A DNA stretch of 64,000 nucleotides from Dehalococcoidia bacterium (lineage in GTDB: Bacteria > Chloroflexota > Dehalococcoidia > UBA6926), in NCBI GenBank assembly GCA_963666115.2, contig CAXXET010000004.1, positions 416,001 through 480,000 of the forward strand, given 5' to 3'. The translations under genes and the position numbers were made by a program. How positions within the stretch are numbered: the first letter of the stretch is position 1; each line of letters opens with the position of its first letter. This document shows, one piece after another, positions 9,737 to 18,297 of the stretch. The notes below the pieces were generated by a model that was not told the origin of the DNA, ran no database searches, and worked only from the letters and a program-made list of their open reading frames with translations.

Positions 9737-9919
9737 CTATAGGAAAAGGGGAGGTTCAGGTTCGAAAACGACGAACCACGTGAACACGACCAGAGTGAAA
9801 ACGACAAGGGTTATGAGAGCAACGAGGAGCCGCCGGCCTGCGAATTTCTTGAAGCTCTCGCCGCCTTTGCGGCGCTCGCCCTCCCGGAACTCCTGGTCAA
9901 ACATGGAAAGCCTATCCAC
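9737..9919 (-). CDS. Small membrane protein
   Basis: 60 aa, single C-terminal hydrophobic helix. Confidence 0.55.
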   Translation of the reverse strand: MDRLSMFDQEFREGERRKGGESFKKFAGRRLLVALITLVVFTLVVFTWFVVFEPEPPLFL

Positions 9920-9935
9920 AAAGGCGCCGCTGAGC

Positions 9936-10127
9936 TCAGGCGGCGCGGCTGCCGATCATGAGGAGGGCGACGATGGGGAGCGCGGAGATGCCTGCGATGA
10001 TCGCAAGGTAGACGAGGGCGCGCTCAAGGGTGACGGGGCGCCGGTGGCCGTCATGGGTCTCGCGGTGCTTCTGCACCGCCTCCTGGGGGTCCGGGGTGTT
10101 CAGGTGAAACATGTCCCAGTTGGACAT
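9936..10127 (-). CDS. Small membrane protein
   Basis: 63 aa from ATG 10127 with GGGAGG RBS; C-terminal hydrophobic helix. Confidence 0.6.
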   Translation of the reverse strand: MSNWDMFHLNTPDPQEAVQKHRETHDGHRRPVTLERALVYLAIIAGISALPIVALLMIGSRAA

Positions 10128-10165
10128 GGAAGCCTCCCTCGCGGCGTCAAGCCGCAATGAATGGC

Positions 10166-10193
10166 ATTATAGACGTGCTCACCTACACGTCAA
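10166..10193 (-). promoter_or_regulatory. Sigma70-type promoter for the antisense small genes
   Basis: Minus strand TTGACG-16 nt-TATAAT; overlapped by inverted repeat GACGTG-N8-CACGTC (10172-10191). Confidence 0.55.
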
Positions 10194-10205
10194 GGAACTG
10201 CATCA

Positions 10206-11087
10206 ATGACGACGGGCACATACCTGGATAGAATCCTGCCGCAGACGCGGGAGGACCTGGATGACCGCATGTCTTCGCAGCCGCTCAACGAGATCAAGGC
10301 GCGCGCCAAAGACGCGGAGGACACGCGGGGCTACTACGACGCGCTTGCGGAGGACAGGCTCCACCTGATTGCGGAGGTCAAACGGGCGTCGCCGTCCAAA
10401 GGCGATCTTGCGCCGGAGATCGACGCCGCAGAGCTTGCGCGCGTCTACGTCGACAACGGCGCGTCGGCGCTCTCCGTGCTGACGGACAGGCCGTTCTTCA
10501 AGGGATCGCTGGACGATCTCACGGCGGTTCGAGAGGTAACGACGGAATCGGGCACGCCGATCCTGCGCAAGGATTTCGTGATCGATGAGTACATGATCTA
10601 CGAGGCGCGGGTGTGGGGCGCGGACGCCATCCTGCTGCTCGTGATCAGCCTGTCCGACGGGCAGCTGCAGGATTACCAAGGACTGGCAGACGAGTTGGGC
10701 ATGGCCGCGTTGATCGAGACGCACGACGAGTTGGAGTTGTACCGCGCGCTGGACATTACGCCGCGTTTGGTGGGCATCAACAACCGTGATCTACGCACTT
10801 TTGAGACCGACCTGGCCACGACACACGGCCTCGCGCCGCGCATCGGCGGCAGCACGCGGGTCGTTGCGGAAAGCGGCATTCATTCTATCGAGGACGCGCG
10901 CAGCATGAGGGCAGCGGGGGCGGACGCGATACTCGTTGGCGAGTCGCTGATTACTGCTGCGGACACGGCGGCGAAAACGCAAGAGTTGAGTTCAATACGG
11001 ATTCCGCGCCTGACGGGCATGGAGACATCGGTGCCACCGGAGTTCATCCAGGAGTCGATGCCGCAGTTCGGGAGGGGCGGACCCTGA
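10206..11087 (+). CDS. trpC: Indole-3-glycerol phosphate synthase
   Basis: IAEVKRASPSKG, SVLTD, PILRKDF, GINNRDL, VAESGI, LVGESL. Confidence 0.95.
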   Translation: MTTGTYLDRILPQTREDLDDRMSSQPLNEIKARAKDAEDTRGYYDALAEDRLHLIAEVKRASPSKGDLAPEIDAAELARVYVDNGASALSVLTDRPFFKGSLDDLTAVREVTTESGTPILRKDFVIDEYMIYEARVWGADAILLLVISLSDGQLQDYQGLADELGMAALIETHDELELYRALDITPRLVGINNRDLRTFETDLATTHGLAPRIGGSTRVVAESGIHSIEDARSMRAAGADAILVGESLITAADTAAKTQELSSIRIPRLTGMETSVPPEFIQESMPQFGRGGP

Positions 11088-11782
11088 TGGGCCTCGTCAT
11101 CAAGATGTGCGGCAACCGCACGGCGACGGACTTGATCAATGCCGCCGACGCGGGGGCGGATTTGCTTGGGATTATCTTTGCGGACGCGTGGCGGCGCGTA
11201 TCCGTCGATCATGCCAGGGAGATGGTGGCGACGCTGCGCGGCGAGGCGGACAACGTTCCGACGGTGGTCGGCGTGTTTGTGGATCAGCCCGTCGAGGAGG
11301 TGAATGAGACGGCTGAGCAGGTTGGGCTGGACATGGTCCAACTGCACGGCACGGAGCCTCCGGCGTACTGGGAGCAAGTGGAGAGGCCGTTGATCATCGC
11401 GCGGCGCATTTCGTCCACGTTGACGCCGGAACAGGTTGAGGACGAGCTGGGCGTGGTAAAGGAATTCACGCTGCAGACGGGTTCGCTCAGCCTAATCGAG
11501 CCGCACGTGGAGGGAGAGCCGGGCGGGGCCGGGGTCAGCCTGGATTTTGCGCTGGCGGAGCGGCTGGCGCGGCGGCAGTCGTTCATTTTGGCGGGGGGCC
11601 TGGGGCCGGGGAACGTCGGGGAGGCGATTCACGCCGTGCGACCATGGGGCGTGGACGTTTCAAGCGGCGTTGAGACGGATCGCGTGAAGGACCCGTCCAA
11701 GGTGGGGCGCTTTGTGTATGAGGCGCGGCGGGCGGCGGCGGATGCCATCGGCGGGCGCACGGGCGGCGGAGCAGCGCGATGA
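11087..11782 (+). CDS. trpF: Phosphoribosylanthranilate isomerase
   Basis: [30 protein letters not shown]. Confidence 0.92.
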   Translation: MGLVIKMCGNRTATDLINAADAGADLLGIIFADAWRRVSVDHAREMVATLRGEADNVPTVVGVFVDQPVEEVNETAEQVGLDMVQLHGTEPPAYWEQVERPLIIARRISSTLTPEQVEDELGVVKEFTLQTGSLSLIEPHVEGEPGGAGVSLDFALAERLARRQSFILAGGLGPGNVGEAIHAVRPWGVDVSSGVETDRVKDPSKVGRFVYEARRAAADAIGGRTGGGAAR

Positions 11783-12990
11783 CCATCGTCAAGACGGGGG
11801 CGGACGCGGAGGCGCCGGGGCGCTTCGGGCAGTTCGGCGGGCGGTACGTGCCGGAGACGCTGATGGCGGCGGTCACGGAGCTCGAGGAGTCGTACGCGGC
11901 GGCGCGGGAGGACACTGAGTTTTTGGCGCGGCTGGATCATCTCTCACGCACGTACGCGGGGCGGCCAACGCCGCTGACGCTGGCGGAACGGCTGACGGAA
12001 CAGAGCGGCGGGGCGCGCATCTATCTCAAGCGGGAGGACTTGGCGCACACGGGGGCGCACAAGATCAACAACGCGCTCGGCCAGGTGCTGCTTGCCCAGC
12101 GCATGGGCAAGACGCGGATCATCGCGGAGACGGGCGCGGGGCAGCACGGCGTGGCGGCGGCGACGGTGTGCGCGCTGCTGGGGCTGGAATGCGTCGTCTA
12201 CATGGGCGAAGAGGACATCCACCGGCAGGCGCCAAACGTGTTCCGCATGAGGCTGCTTGGAGCGGACGTCGTGTCCGTGACGTCCGGTTCGCGGACGCTC
12301 AAGGACGCCGTGAACGAGGCGATGCGCGACTGGGTGACGAACGTGGCGAACACGTACTACGTCATCGGCAGCGTCGTGGGGCCGCACCCCTACCCTGTCA
12401 TCGTGCGCGATTTCCAGTCCGTCATCGGACGGGAGGCGCGCGAGCAGATGCTGGAGGCGGAGGGTCGGCTGCCGTCGCATCTCGTGGCGTGCGTGGGGGG
12501 CGGGAGCAACGCGATGGGGCTGTTCCATGCGTTTTACGGCGACCAGAACGTCGCGATGGTCGGCGTGGAGGCGGCGGGGCACGGCATCGATACGGGCGAG
12601 CACAGCGCGAGCTTAGGGGCGGGCAAGCCGGGCGTGCTGCACGGGTCGTTCTCGCAAGTTCTGCAGGACGAGTGGGGGCAGGTGACGGAGACGCACAGCA
12701 TCTCCGCAGGGCTGGACTACCCGGGCGTGGGGCCGGAGTTGTCGTACTACCAGGAGACGGGTCGGGCGCGGTTCACGAGCGTGACGGACACGGAGGCGCT
12801 GGAAGGTTTTAAGCTCTTGGCGCGGACGGAGGGGATCATCCCGGCGCTGGAGTCGTCACACGCGATATTTGAGGCGGCGCGGCTGGCGTCGACGCTGCCG
12901 TCGGAGGACATTATCCTGATCAACCTGAGCGGCCGCGGGGACAAGGACCTGGCGACCGTGACAGACGCTTTGGGCATCGACCTGGGCTGA
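11779..12990 (+). CDS. trpB: Tryptophan synthase beta chain (TrpB1 type)
   Basis: [60 protein letters not shown]. Confidence 0.97.
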   Translation: MTIVKTGADAEAPGRFGQFGGRYVPETLMAAVTELEESYAAAREDTEFLARLDHLSRTYAGRPTPLTLAERLTEQSGGARIYLKREDLAHTGAHKINNALGQVLLAQRMGKTRIIAETGAGQHGVAAATVCALLGLECVVYMGEEDIHRQAPNVFRMRLLGADVVSVTSGSRTLKDAVNEAMRDWVTNVANTYYVIGSVVGPHPYPVIVRDFQSVIGREAREQMLEAEGRLPSHLVACVGGGSNAMGLFHAFYGDQNVAMVGVEAAGHGIDTGEHSASLGAGKPGVLHGSFSQVLQDEWGQVTETHSISAGLDYPGVGPELSYYQETGRARFTSVTDTEALEGFKLLARTEGIIPALESSHAIFEAARLASTLPSEDIILINLSGRGDKDLATVTDALGIDLG

Positions 12991-13184
12991 CCGGCGAGCG
13001 GCGGGCATCGTTCATCGGCTCCCAAAAAGACGCTACCCCCTGACATTCGCTCGGCCTCGAATGAGAGGGGGCAGCGCAGCGCGGGGAAAGCAGTGAGGTA
13101 CAGTTCACATAGTGACTGCCGTCCCGCGCGCGAACACACCAACGGGTAGTCTACCACAGTTTGGGTAGATAGGGAACGGGGGCA

Positions 13185-13239
13185 CCCTTCGACTGCGCTC
13201 AGCGTGAGCGGATTTGGGGTCAGCGTGAGCGGATTTGGG
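13185..13239 (+). repeat. Repeat family C with 21-nt duplication
   Basis: CCCTTCGACTGCGCTCAGCGTGAGCGG; CAGCGTGAGCGGATTTGGG twice. Confidence 0.8.
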
Positions 13240-13977
13240 CGGGGGGGGGGTTATGTTCTTCGGGGGTGGCGGGGCGGGGGGCGGGCACGCCTGCGCGCTA
13301 TGCTTTCGCGGCTCATCGGGGGCTGTCTCCTTTCGGTTTGGGGCTTTCTGCCTGGTCTTGGAGGGAACGCATCGCTGCCGGTTCCTGGCTGTTCGTCGGT
13401 TCGGGCCGGTGGCGCGCTTGGGTCGCAGCCAGGGGACGCCTGACGCTGGGCGGGTCTGCTGCGCCTGCAGGCTCCTCGCCCCATGTTGGGTGGTCACGGG
13501 CCTTTCGATGGCGTTGGCCGTGTCCGCCTCCCGCCAAGCGATCACGTCGCCGGACGGGAAGTTCGTCCCTCGCGCGCAACACGCGGTTAACGTGAGCGGC
13601 GGCGGTCCATCCTCGCACAGCCGCGATGCCACTTCGCGGATGTACGGCATGCCCCTAACGCAGACGCCGATGGCATCTGACCCGCGTCGGACGTTGCGCA
13701 GGGCGGCCCGCCAGGGTCATGGCATGTTTTGGGCCGCTACGCGCTCCCGTCAGCCCACCGTCACTGATCGCCCGTGGCCACGAGCAAACCCGTCGTGGTT
13801 TCCTGGCCGGGTATGTTGAGGAACCTTGGCAGCGATGCGTTCTCTTTTCCCGTGCAGGGGGCGCCCTCCTGTGCGCTCCCGGGGATGGTGGCGGCTCAGT
13901 TGCTAGCGTGTCGGGCCGCCGTGGGATGGCTCGATGTGGGTGACTTTAGGACAGGTGTTTGGGGTGCGTCAAATGGT

Positions 13978-14035
13978 GGTGTCACATGGGGGTGTCACAT
14001 GGGGGCCTGCTCGTTCACCCTGCGACAGGCTCAGC
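13978..14035 (+). repeat. GGTGTCACATGGGGG tandem plus family C copy
   Basis: Two tandem copies followed by CCCTGCGACAGGCTCAG. Confidence 0.7.
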
Positions 14036-14088
14036 ACCCGCCCAATCAGGTATACTCTGCCTAAAGACAGCAAGAGAGGACTCATTCA

Positions 14089-14286
14089 ATGGCCGCCCAA
14101 CAGACAGCGCCTTCCGAAGAACGACTGACCCGCCTTGAGGCCAAGATGGGCGAGCATTCCCGCGAGATTGGCGGCATGCGGCAGGACATTCGCGATCTGC
14201 GGTCTTCGATCGACACGCTGCGGAACATCATCATCGTGGCCGCCATCGGCGCCGTTGTTACTCTCATCATTGGGGCTTTCATATAG
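14089..14286 (+). CDS. Small coiled-coil protein with C-terminal membrane anchor
   Basis: 65 aa, AGAGGA RBS, heptad-like ERLTRLEAKM..IRDLRSSIDTLR then TM helix. Confidence 0.7.
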   Translation: MAAQQTAPSEERLTRLEAKMGEHSREIGGMRQDIRDLRSSIDTLRNIIIVAAIGAVVTLIIGAFI

Positions 14287-14402
14287 GGTGCGACCACACG
14301 GGCGAGCGGAGAAGAGGGTGGCTGCGCCGATTGTGAACATGTATAGGGCGGGGTAGGAGAGTTGGGGCTTACTGGGCGTTGCTCATGGCCTGCGTCAAGG
14401 CG

Positions 14403-14447
14403 GGGTGTCACATGGGGGGCACCCTCGATGGGCTCAGGGTGAGCGGG
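14403..14447 (+). repeat. GGTGTCACATGGGGG plus family C copy
   Basis: GGGTGTCACATGGGGGGCACCCTCGATGGGCTCAGGGTGAGCGG. Confidence 0.75.
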
Positions 14448-14465
14448 GGGCTGCAGGCGCGGCAG

Positions 14466-14696
14466 TTAGGATGGTCCGGTTTCCGCCTCGAACGTAAAGA
14501 ACGCGCTGGTAGGAACATTCATGGCTTCGGCAATGGCGCGGATGTTTTTAAGCGAGGGATTACGGATGCCTCGCTCGATACCTGACAGATAGGTTACGTG
14601 GACGCCGGCTCGGTGAGCCACCTCTTCCTGTGTGGCTCCCTGCAGCGTCCTCAGATGGCGTATGTGTCGGCCAAACGCGGCCAAGTAAGCATCCAC
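14466..14696 (-). CDS. XRE-family HTH, restriction-modification controller (C) protein-like
   Basis: 76 aa from GTG: FGRHIRHLR..TQEEVAHRAGVHVTYLSGIERGIRNPSLKNI..IAEAM.V..S.FF. Confidence 0.85.
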   Translation of the reverse strand: MDAYLAAFGRHIRHLRTLQGATQEEVAHRAGVHVTYLSGIERGIRNPSLKNIRAIAEAMNVPTSAFFTFEAETGPS

Positions 14697-14720
14697 TTGA
14701 CGGGACGCTATCAAGACATA

Positions 14721-14746
14721 GATTATTAGTCCATAGACTATAAGTC
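14721..14746 (-). promoter_or_regulatory. Tandem C-box operator
   Basis: Minus strand GACTTATAGTC-TATG-GACTAATAATC, 24 nt upstream of the GTG. Confidence 0.8.
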
Positions 14747-14853
14747 TATATGGCGTCATGGGCGGGGCGACCAACACATCCCCCAGGGCTGCCAGCTAAT
14801 CCCAAGGAGACGGTGAGGTCAGCGCCACAGCCGAGGTGGCAGGGGGCATTTGA

Positions 14854-15336
14854 ATGAAGAGGCTACAGGTCTTGTTCCTGGTTGTCTTGGCGAGCATGAT
14901 CCCGTTCGCCGTGCTGGGGTGTGAGGAAGGCGGCGAAGAACCAACAGCATCAACCTTCGAGATGGAGCAACCTACGGTGACACCCGAACCTATTGCGACA
15001 ACTATAGCCACGGCGACGCCTACACCGGTAACGGACAATTCGGCGATGGCGGTACCGTCCATCCAGGAGTATGTGGAGGTTAGAGACGCTGCTATAAGTC
15101 AGGATGGCGACACCTACAGCTTGGTTCTGGTCGTTGACAGGGCAACTAGCACGGAGCGAGCCAAGGAGTTGGGCGATAACTTCGTTAGGATGGTGAAGAG
15201 CTTTGGCCCCGACGATTCACCCGGGCAGGAGATTGGCAGCGGTACCTACGACTACCTCATCGGAATCTACTACCCTGACGGAGAGCAGGTGGCACTCGGC
15301 GCCAAGTCCAGAATTTCGACGCGGATAACCTGGTAG
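14854..15336 (+). CDS. Lipoprotein with Thr/Pro linker
   Basis: Signal peptide ending VLG-C, TPTP-rich linker, small globular domain. Confidence 0.75.
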   Translation: MKRLQVLFLVVLASMIPFAVLGCEEGGEEPTASTFEMEQPTVTPEPIATTIATATPTPVTDNSAMAVPSIQEYVEVRDAAISQDGDTYSLVLVVDRATSTERAKELGDNFVRMVKSFGPDDSPGQEIGSGTYDYLIGIYYPDGEQVALGAKSRISTRITW

Positions 15337-15376
15337 CGGCAGTCCTACTCCCCTCGTGTGCAATATGACTTCGACA

Positions 15377-16378
15377 TCATCTGCGGCGTGTGCTGTCCAA
15401 GGCGAGGCCATCTCGGATCAGCGGTTGAACGCTCATCATCTGTGGATCTAACCCCTCAAGGTCAAGTAATGCCTCGAAGCGCTTCCTTAGCTTGTCATCA
15501 ACACGCTGAATTTCCCTTATCTCGGCTAACTCAACGCCCAACCTTCCGAAGACTCCTTCTGCAGTTCCGTTGAGGCGGTATCTCTTGCCGTTTGCCTCAA
15601 TCCACACGGCATTGTCCTTTGCACATAGAAGGGCCGATCCCAGAGTAAGGGGCCATTTGTCGCCATAATCGCTTGCATTGATCCTCCTTTTGGCTGCACT
15701 CCACAGAAACCAAGTTCGTTCCCAAGTCACTAGACACCTGACATACAAGAGGGAGGGGATGGCAAGGCATACTGGCAGCAGCAGCGATTGGAGTATGGAT
15801 ATTGCGATCGAAGAGTCCTCAATGACGCGAAGTGTCGCCAGGGCGAGAGAAAGCAGCACATACGACGCAAGGAGGGTAGCGATGGTCGTGTAGCCGAAAC
15901 CATCAGACCTGTTCGACTGAAGGGAGGCAAACACAAGTGATAGGAACGACAACACTGGGAAGATGAGCAACTCCAGCAGCAAAGGCAATGTAGATGCGCT
16001 CAAGACTGCTGTCGCGAATGCCGCCAGCAGAACCCCCTTGGTCGGGAATTTTAGTGCGCTCTCACCTTCAAGATACTTGTCGTAGTTCATGAGAAAACCG
16101 ATGCCAGAGAACAAAAACCAGGATAAGGCGCCAACTACTGGCAGGATCTCCCAAAACCCAGCAATTCTGCCCAGCAACACGGCCATGATCGTTGCTAGAA
16201 CCACCGTAAGGAAGAGCCCCAGCAATGGCAAAAGAAGGCCCCAATGCAACAGCGTTCTGGCTATCCCCCACAAGGACGTGCGAAATGAGGCGCTGAAGCC
16301 AATTGTCAGCGTGGCTACGGACAGAGCCCACAACATCGTGGCCTGATGTCGCGCATTAAGGTCGTAGAATTCAATCAC
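15377..16378 (-). CDS. Multi-pass membrane protein with C-terminal YebY/DUF2511-like domain
   Basis: About 7 hydrophobic segments, then DYGDKWPLT..LLC..AVWIEANGKRYRLNGTA..MSVQPLIRDGLAL; lower GC than flanks. Confidence 0.6.
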   Translation of the reverse strand: MIEFYDLNARHQATMLWALSVATLTIGFSASFRTSLWGIARTLLHWGLLLPLLGLFLTVVLATIMAVLLGRIAGFWEILPVVGALSWFLFSGIGFLMNYDKYLEGESALKFPTKGVLLAAFATAVLSASTLPLLLELLIFPVLSFLSLVFASLQSNRSDGFGYTTIATLLASYVLLSLALATLRVIEDSSIAISILQSLLLPVCLAIPSLLYVRCLVTWERTWFLWSAAKRRINASDYGDKWPLTLGSALLCAKDNAVWIEANGKRYRLNGTAEGVFGRLGVELAEIREIQRVDDKLRKRFEALLDLEGLDPQMMSVQPLIRDGLALDSTRRR

Positions 16379-16475
16379 AGGATTAAGCCGTATGCATTAG
16401 GATGGCAGTGGCGCGCCTGACGGTGTCTATAGGCATGGTTTCGCTCTGATAGTACAGCACAGGGAAGGGTGTCCA

Positions 16476-16501
16476 CCCTTCGACGAGCTCAGGAGGAGCG
16501 G
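16476..16501 (+). repeat. Repeat family C
   Basis: CCCTTCGACGAGCTCAGGAGGAGCGG. Confidence 0.75.
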
Positions 16502-16575
16502 CTGGGAAGGGCTCAGTTTAGCAAGGGAAATCTACGTAGCCACGACCATTAGCTCTGAAGGGGGAGCCACCCGTT

Positions 16576-16830
16576 CTACCGATAAGGGTACTTGTTGCTC
16601 TTTCTCCGGTTGGCCGAAGTCTGCATGGCTTGCAAATTCCTAGGGGAATTAGTTCCGCCCTTCGACTTGGGCTTGGAATGGTCGACCTCCCAACTCTTCG
16701 GTCCGTTCTTTCCGTAGGCAGGCTTATAGATCTCGTTGCCCAGTGGGTCTCTCCGAAAGAGACCTGGGTTCTTTCCTCGGATTGGTTGCGCCTTATCCCA
16801 AGCCGTGTTCCGTCGACGTTTGCTCGCCAT
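16576..16830 (-). CDS. Stand-alone small HNH endonuclease
   Basis: WEVDHSKPKSKGGTNSPRNLQAMQTSANRRKSN; AAGGAG RBS. Confidence 0.85.
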   Translation of the reverse strand: MASKRRRNTAWDKAQPIRGKNPGLFRRDPLGNEIYKPAYGKNGPKSWEVDHSKPKSKGGTNSPRNLQAMQTSANRRKSNKYPYR

Positions 16831-17067
16831 ATCAGTTCAACTCCTTGCTAGAGTGCTCTAGCACCTACGATCCATCTGTTTTTGCTCCGGCACACACTTG
16901 GCGGTGCTGCCGGGACGCCCTGCACCTCTCCCGGCCCCTCCCTCTTAAGACGACTCTGGCCACACTTGGCCCCACCAGCCATACCGAACACCGACCAGTA
17001 TACTCAGCGGTTTCTGGCCGTCAATGCCTACGGGTAGAGACTTTACGGGGTGGTGCCGCGTCCGCTG

Positions 17068-17305
17068 GATTCCCGCTTTCGCGGGAAAAAGGGGGGCGGC
17101 GGCGCTAGGGGGTTTGGTTGGCGCTATGAGATTCAGATTCCCGCGTGCGCGGGAATGACGGAGGGGGGGGCCGCCGGCGCGGGGGATTCGGGGGTAGGTG
17201 TGCGGGATGTGACCCTGCGGGCCACGCGATGGATTCCGGCCTACGCCGGAATGACGGAGGGGTGAACCCCGCTCGTTCTTCGACGGGCTCAGGGTGAGCG
17301 GGGGG
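17068..17305 (+). repeat. Cluster of three family A variants and one family C copy
   Basis: GATTCCCGCTTTCGCGGGAA (17068), GATTCCCGCGTGCGCGGGAATGACG (17136), GATTCCGGCCTACGCCGGAATGACG (17232), TTCTTCGACGGGCTCAGGGTGAGCGG (17276). Confidence 0.85.
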
Positions 17306-17316
17306 GAGAGGGGATT

Positions 17317-18291
17317 TTATGGGAGGGTTAGGAGGTGGGATTCCAGGGTTAGGCGGGCGTTGGCGTTTTGGCGGAGGGCCTGGATGGTGAAGAGGGTGTT
17401 CATGAGGGCGGATTGGGATTGGTGCAGGGTGGCATCGATTTGGCGGATGTTGTCCAGGGTTTGTGGGTCTGTTATGTCTTCGGGGGAGCCTGCCGCTACG
17501 ATTAGGGCGTCTCGCCAGATTGAGGCCCATGCTTCCAGGCGGGTTAGGAGGCGTTGGCGGTCTGCGTAGAAATCTTCGGCCATTTTGCCTGCTCGCTTTA
17601 GGCGGTCGGCGACGGGTTCGTTTCGGAGGGCGATGATTTCATCGAGGGCGGCGCGGCGGGCTTCCAGCGGGGCGGCATCGGCCAGGAGGCTGAGGGCGAA
17701 TTCGAGGCGGCCGCCGGAGAGTTTTGCCAAGCGGTTCGCGTCGTCATCGTCGGCGCCGTTCTGGCGCAATGCCTCCGCGACCTGGTCAAACGGGATCGGG
17801 CGGAGCGGAACGATCTGGCAGCGGGAGCGGATCGTGTCGAGCAGCGCCTCATCGTTGGCCGTGACGAGGATGAGGGTGACGTTCGGGTGCGGCTCTTCCA
17901 GGACCTTGAGGAGGGCGTTTGCGGCTTCGCGGGTGAGGGTGTCGGCATCGTCGATGATGATGACGCGGCCCTTCGCTTCATAGGGCTGGAGGTTGGCGGC
18001 GGCCTGGAGGTCTCTCGCGGCCTCGATGCCGATGGAGCCTGCGCTGGTGGGCGAGATAACCAGAACATCGGCGTGGTTGCCGCTTTCGATGCGCCGGCAG
18101 TGGCGGCAGTCAACGCACGGCCTCTCTTGCTCCGATTCACACAGCAGGGCTTTTGCGAACTCACGGGCGAGGGCCATGCCGCCGACGCCCTGGGGGCCGG
18201 TCAGCAGCCACGCGTGGGCTAGCCGTCCTTGTTTGACTGAGCGGTCAAGGAGGGCGATTGCGTCTTGGTCGGCGGGGACAGTCCAAGCCAT
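17317..18291 (-). CDS. holB: DNA polymerase III subunit delta prime
   Basis: HAWLLTGPQGVG, C..PCVDCRHC, ANALLKVLEEP, TIRSRC. Confidence 0.92.
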   Translation of the reverse strand: MAWTVPADQDAIALLDRSVKQGRLAHAWLLTGPQGVGGMALAREFAKALLCESEQERPCVDCRHCRRIESGNHADVLVISPTSAGSIGIEAARDLQAAANLQPYEAKGRVIIIDDADTLTREAANALLKVLEEPHPNVTLILVTANDEALLDTIRSRCQIVPLRPIPFDQVAEALRQNGADDDDANRLAKLSGGRLEFALSLLADAAPLEARRAALDEIIALRNEPVADRLKRAGKMAEDFYADRQRLLTRLEAWASIWRDALIVAAGSPEDITDPQTLDNIRQIDATLHQSQSALMNTLFTIQALRQNANARLTLESHLLTLP

Positions 18292-18297
18292 GGCGGG

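Noticed and set aside
13646-13700. Possible integron attC site (CCCTAAC ... GTTGCGC)
   Set aside because: Boxes do not fit RYYYAAC/GTTRRRY, complementarity is weak and no integrase is present.
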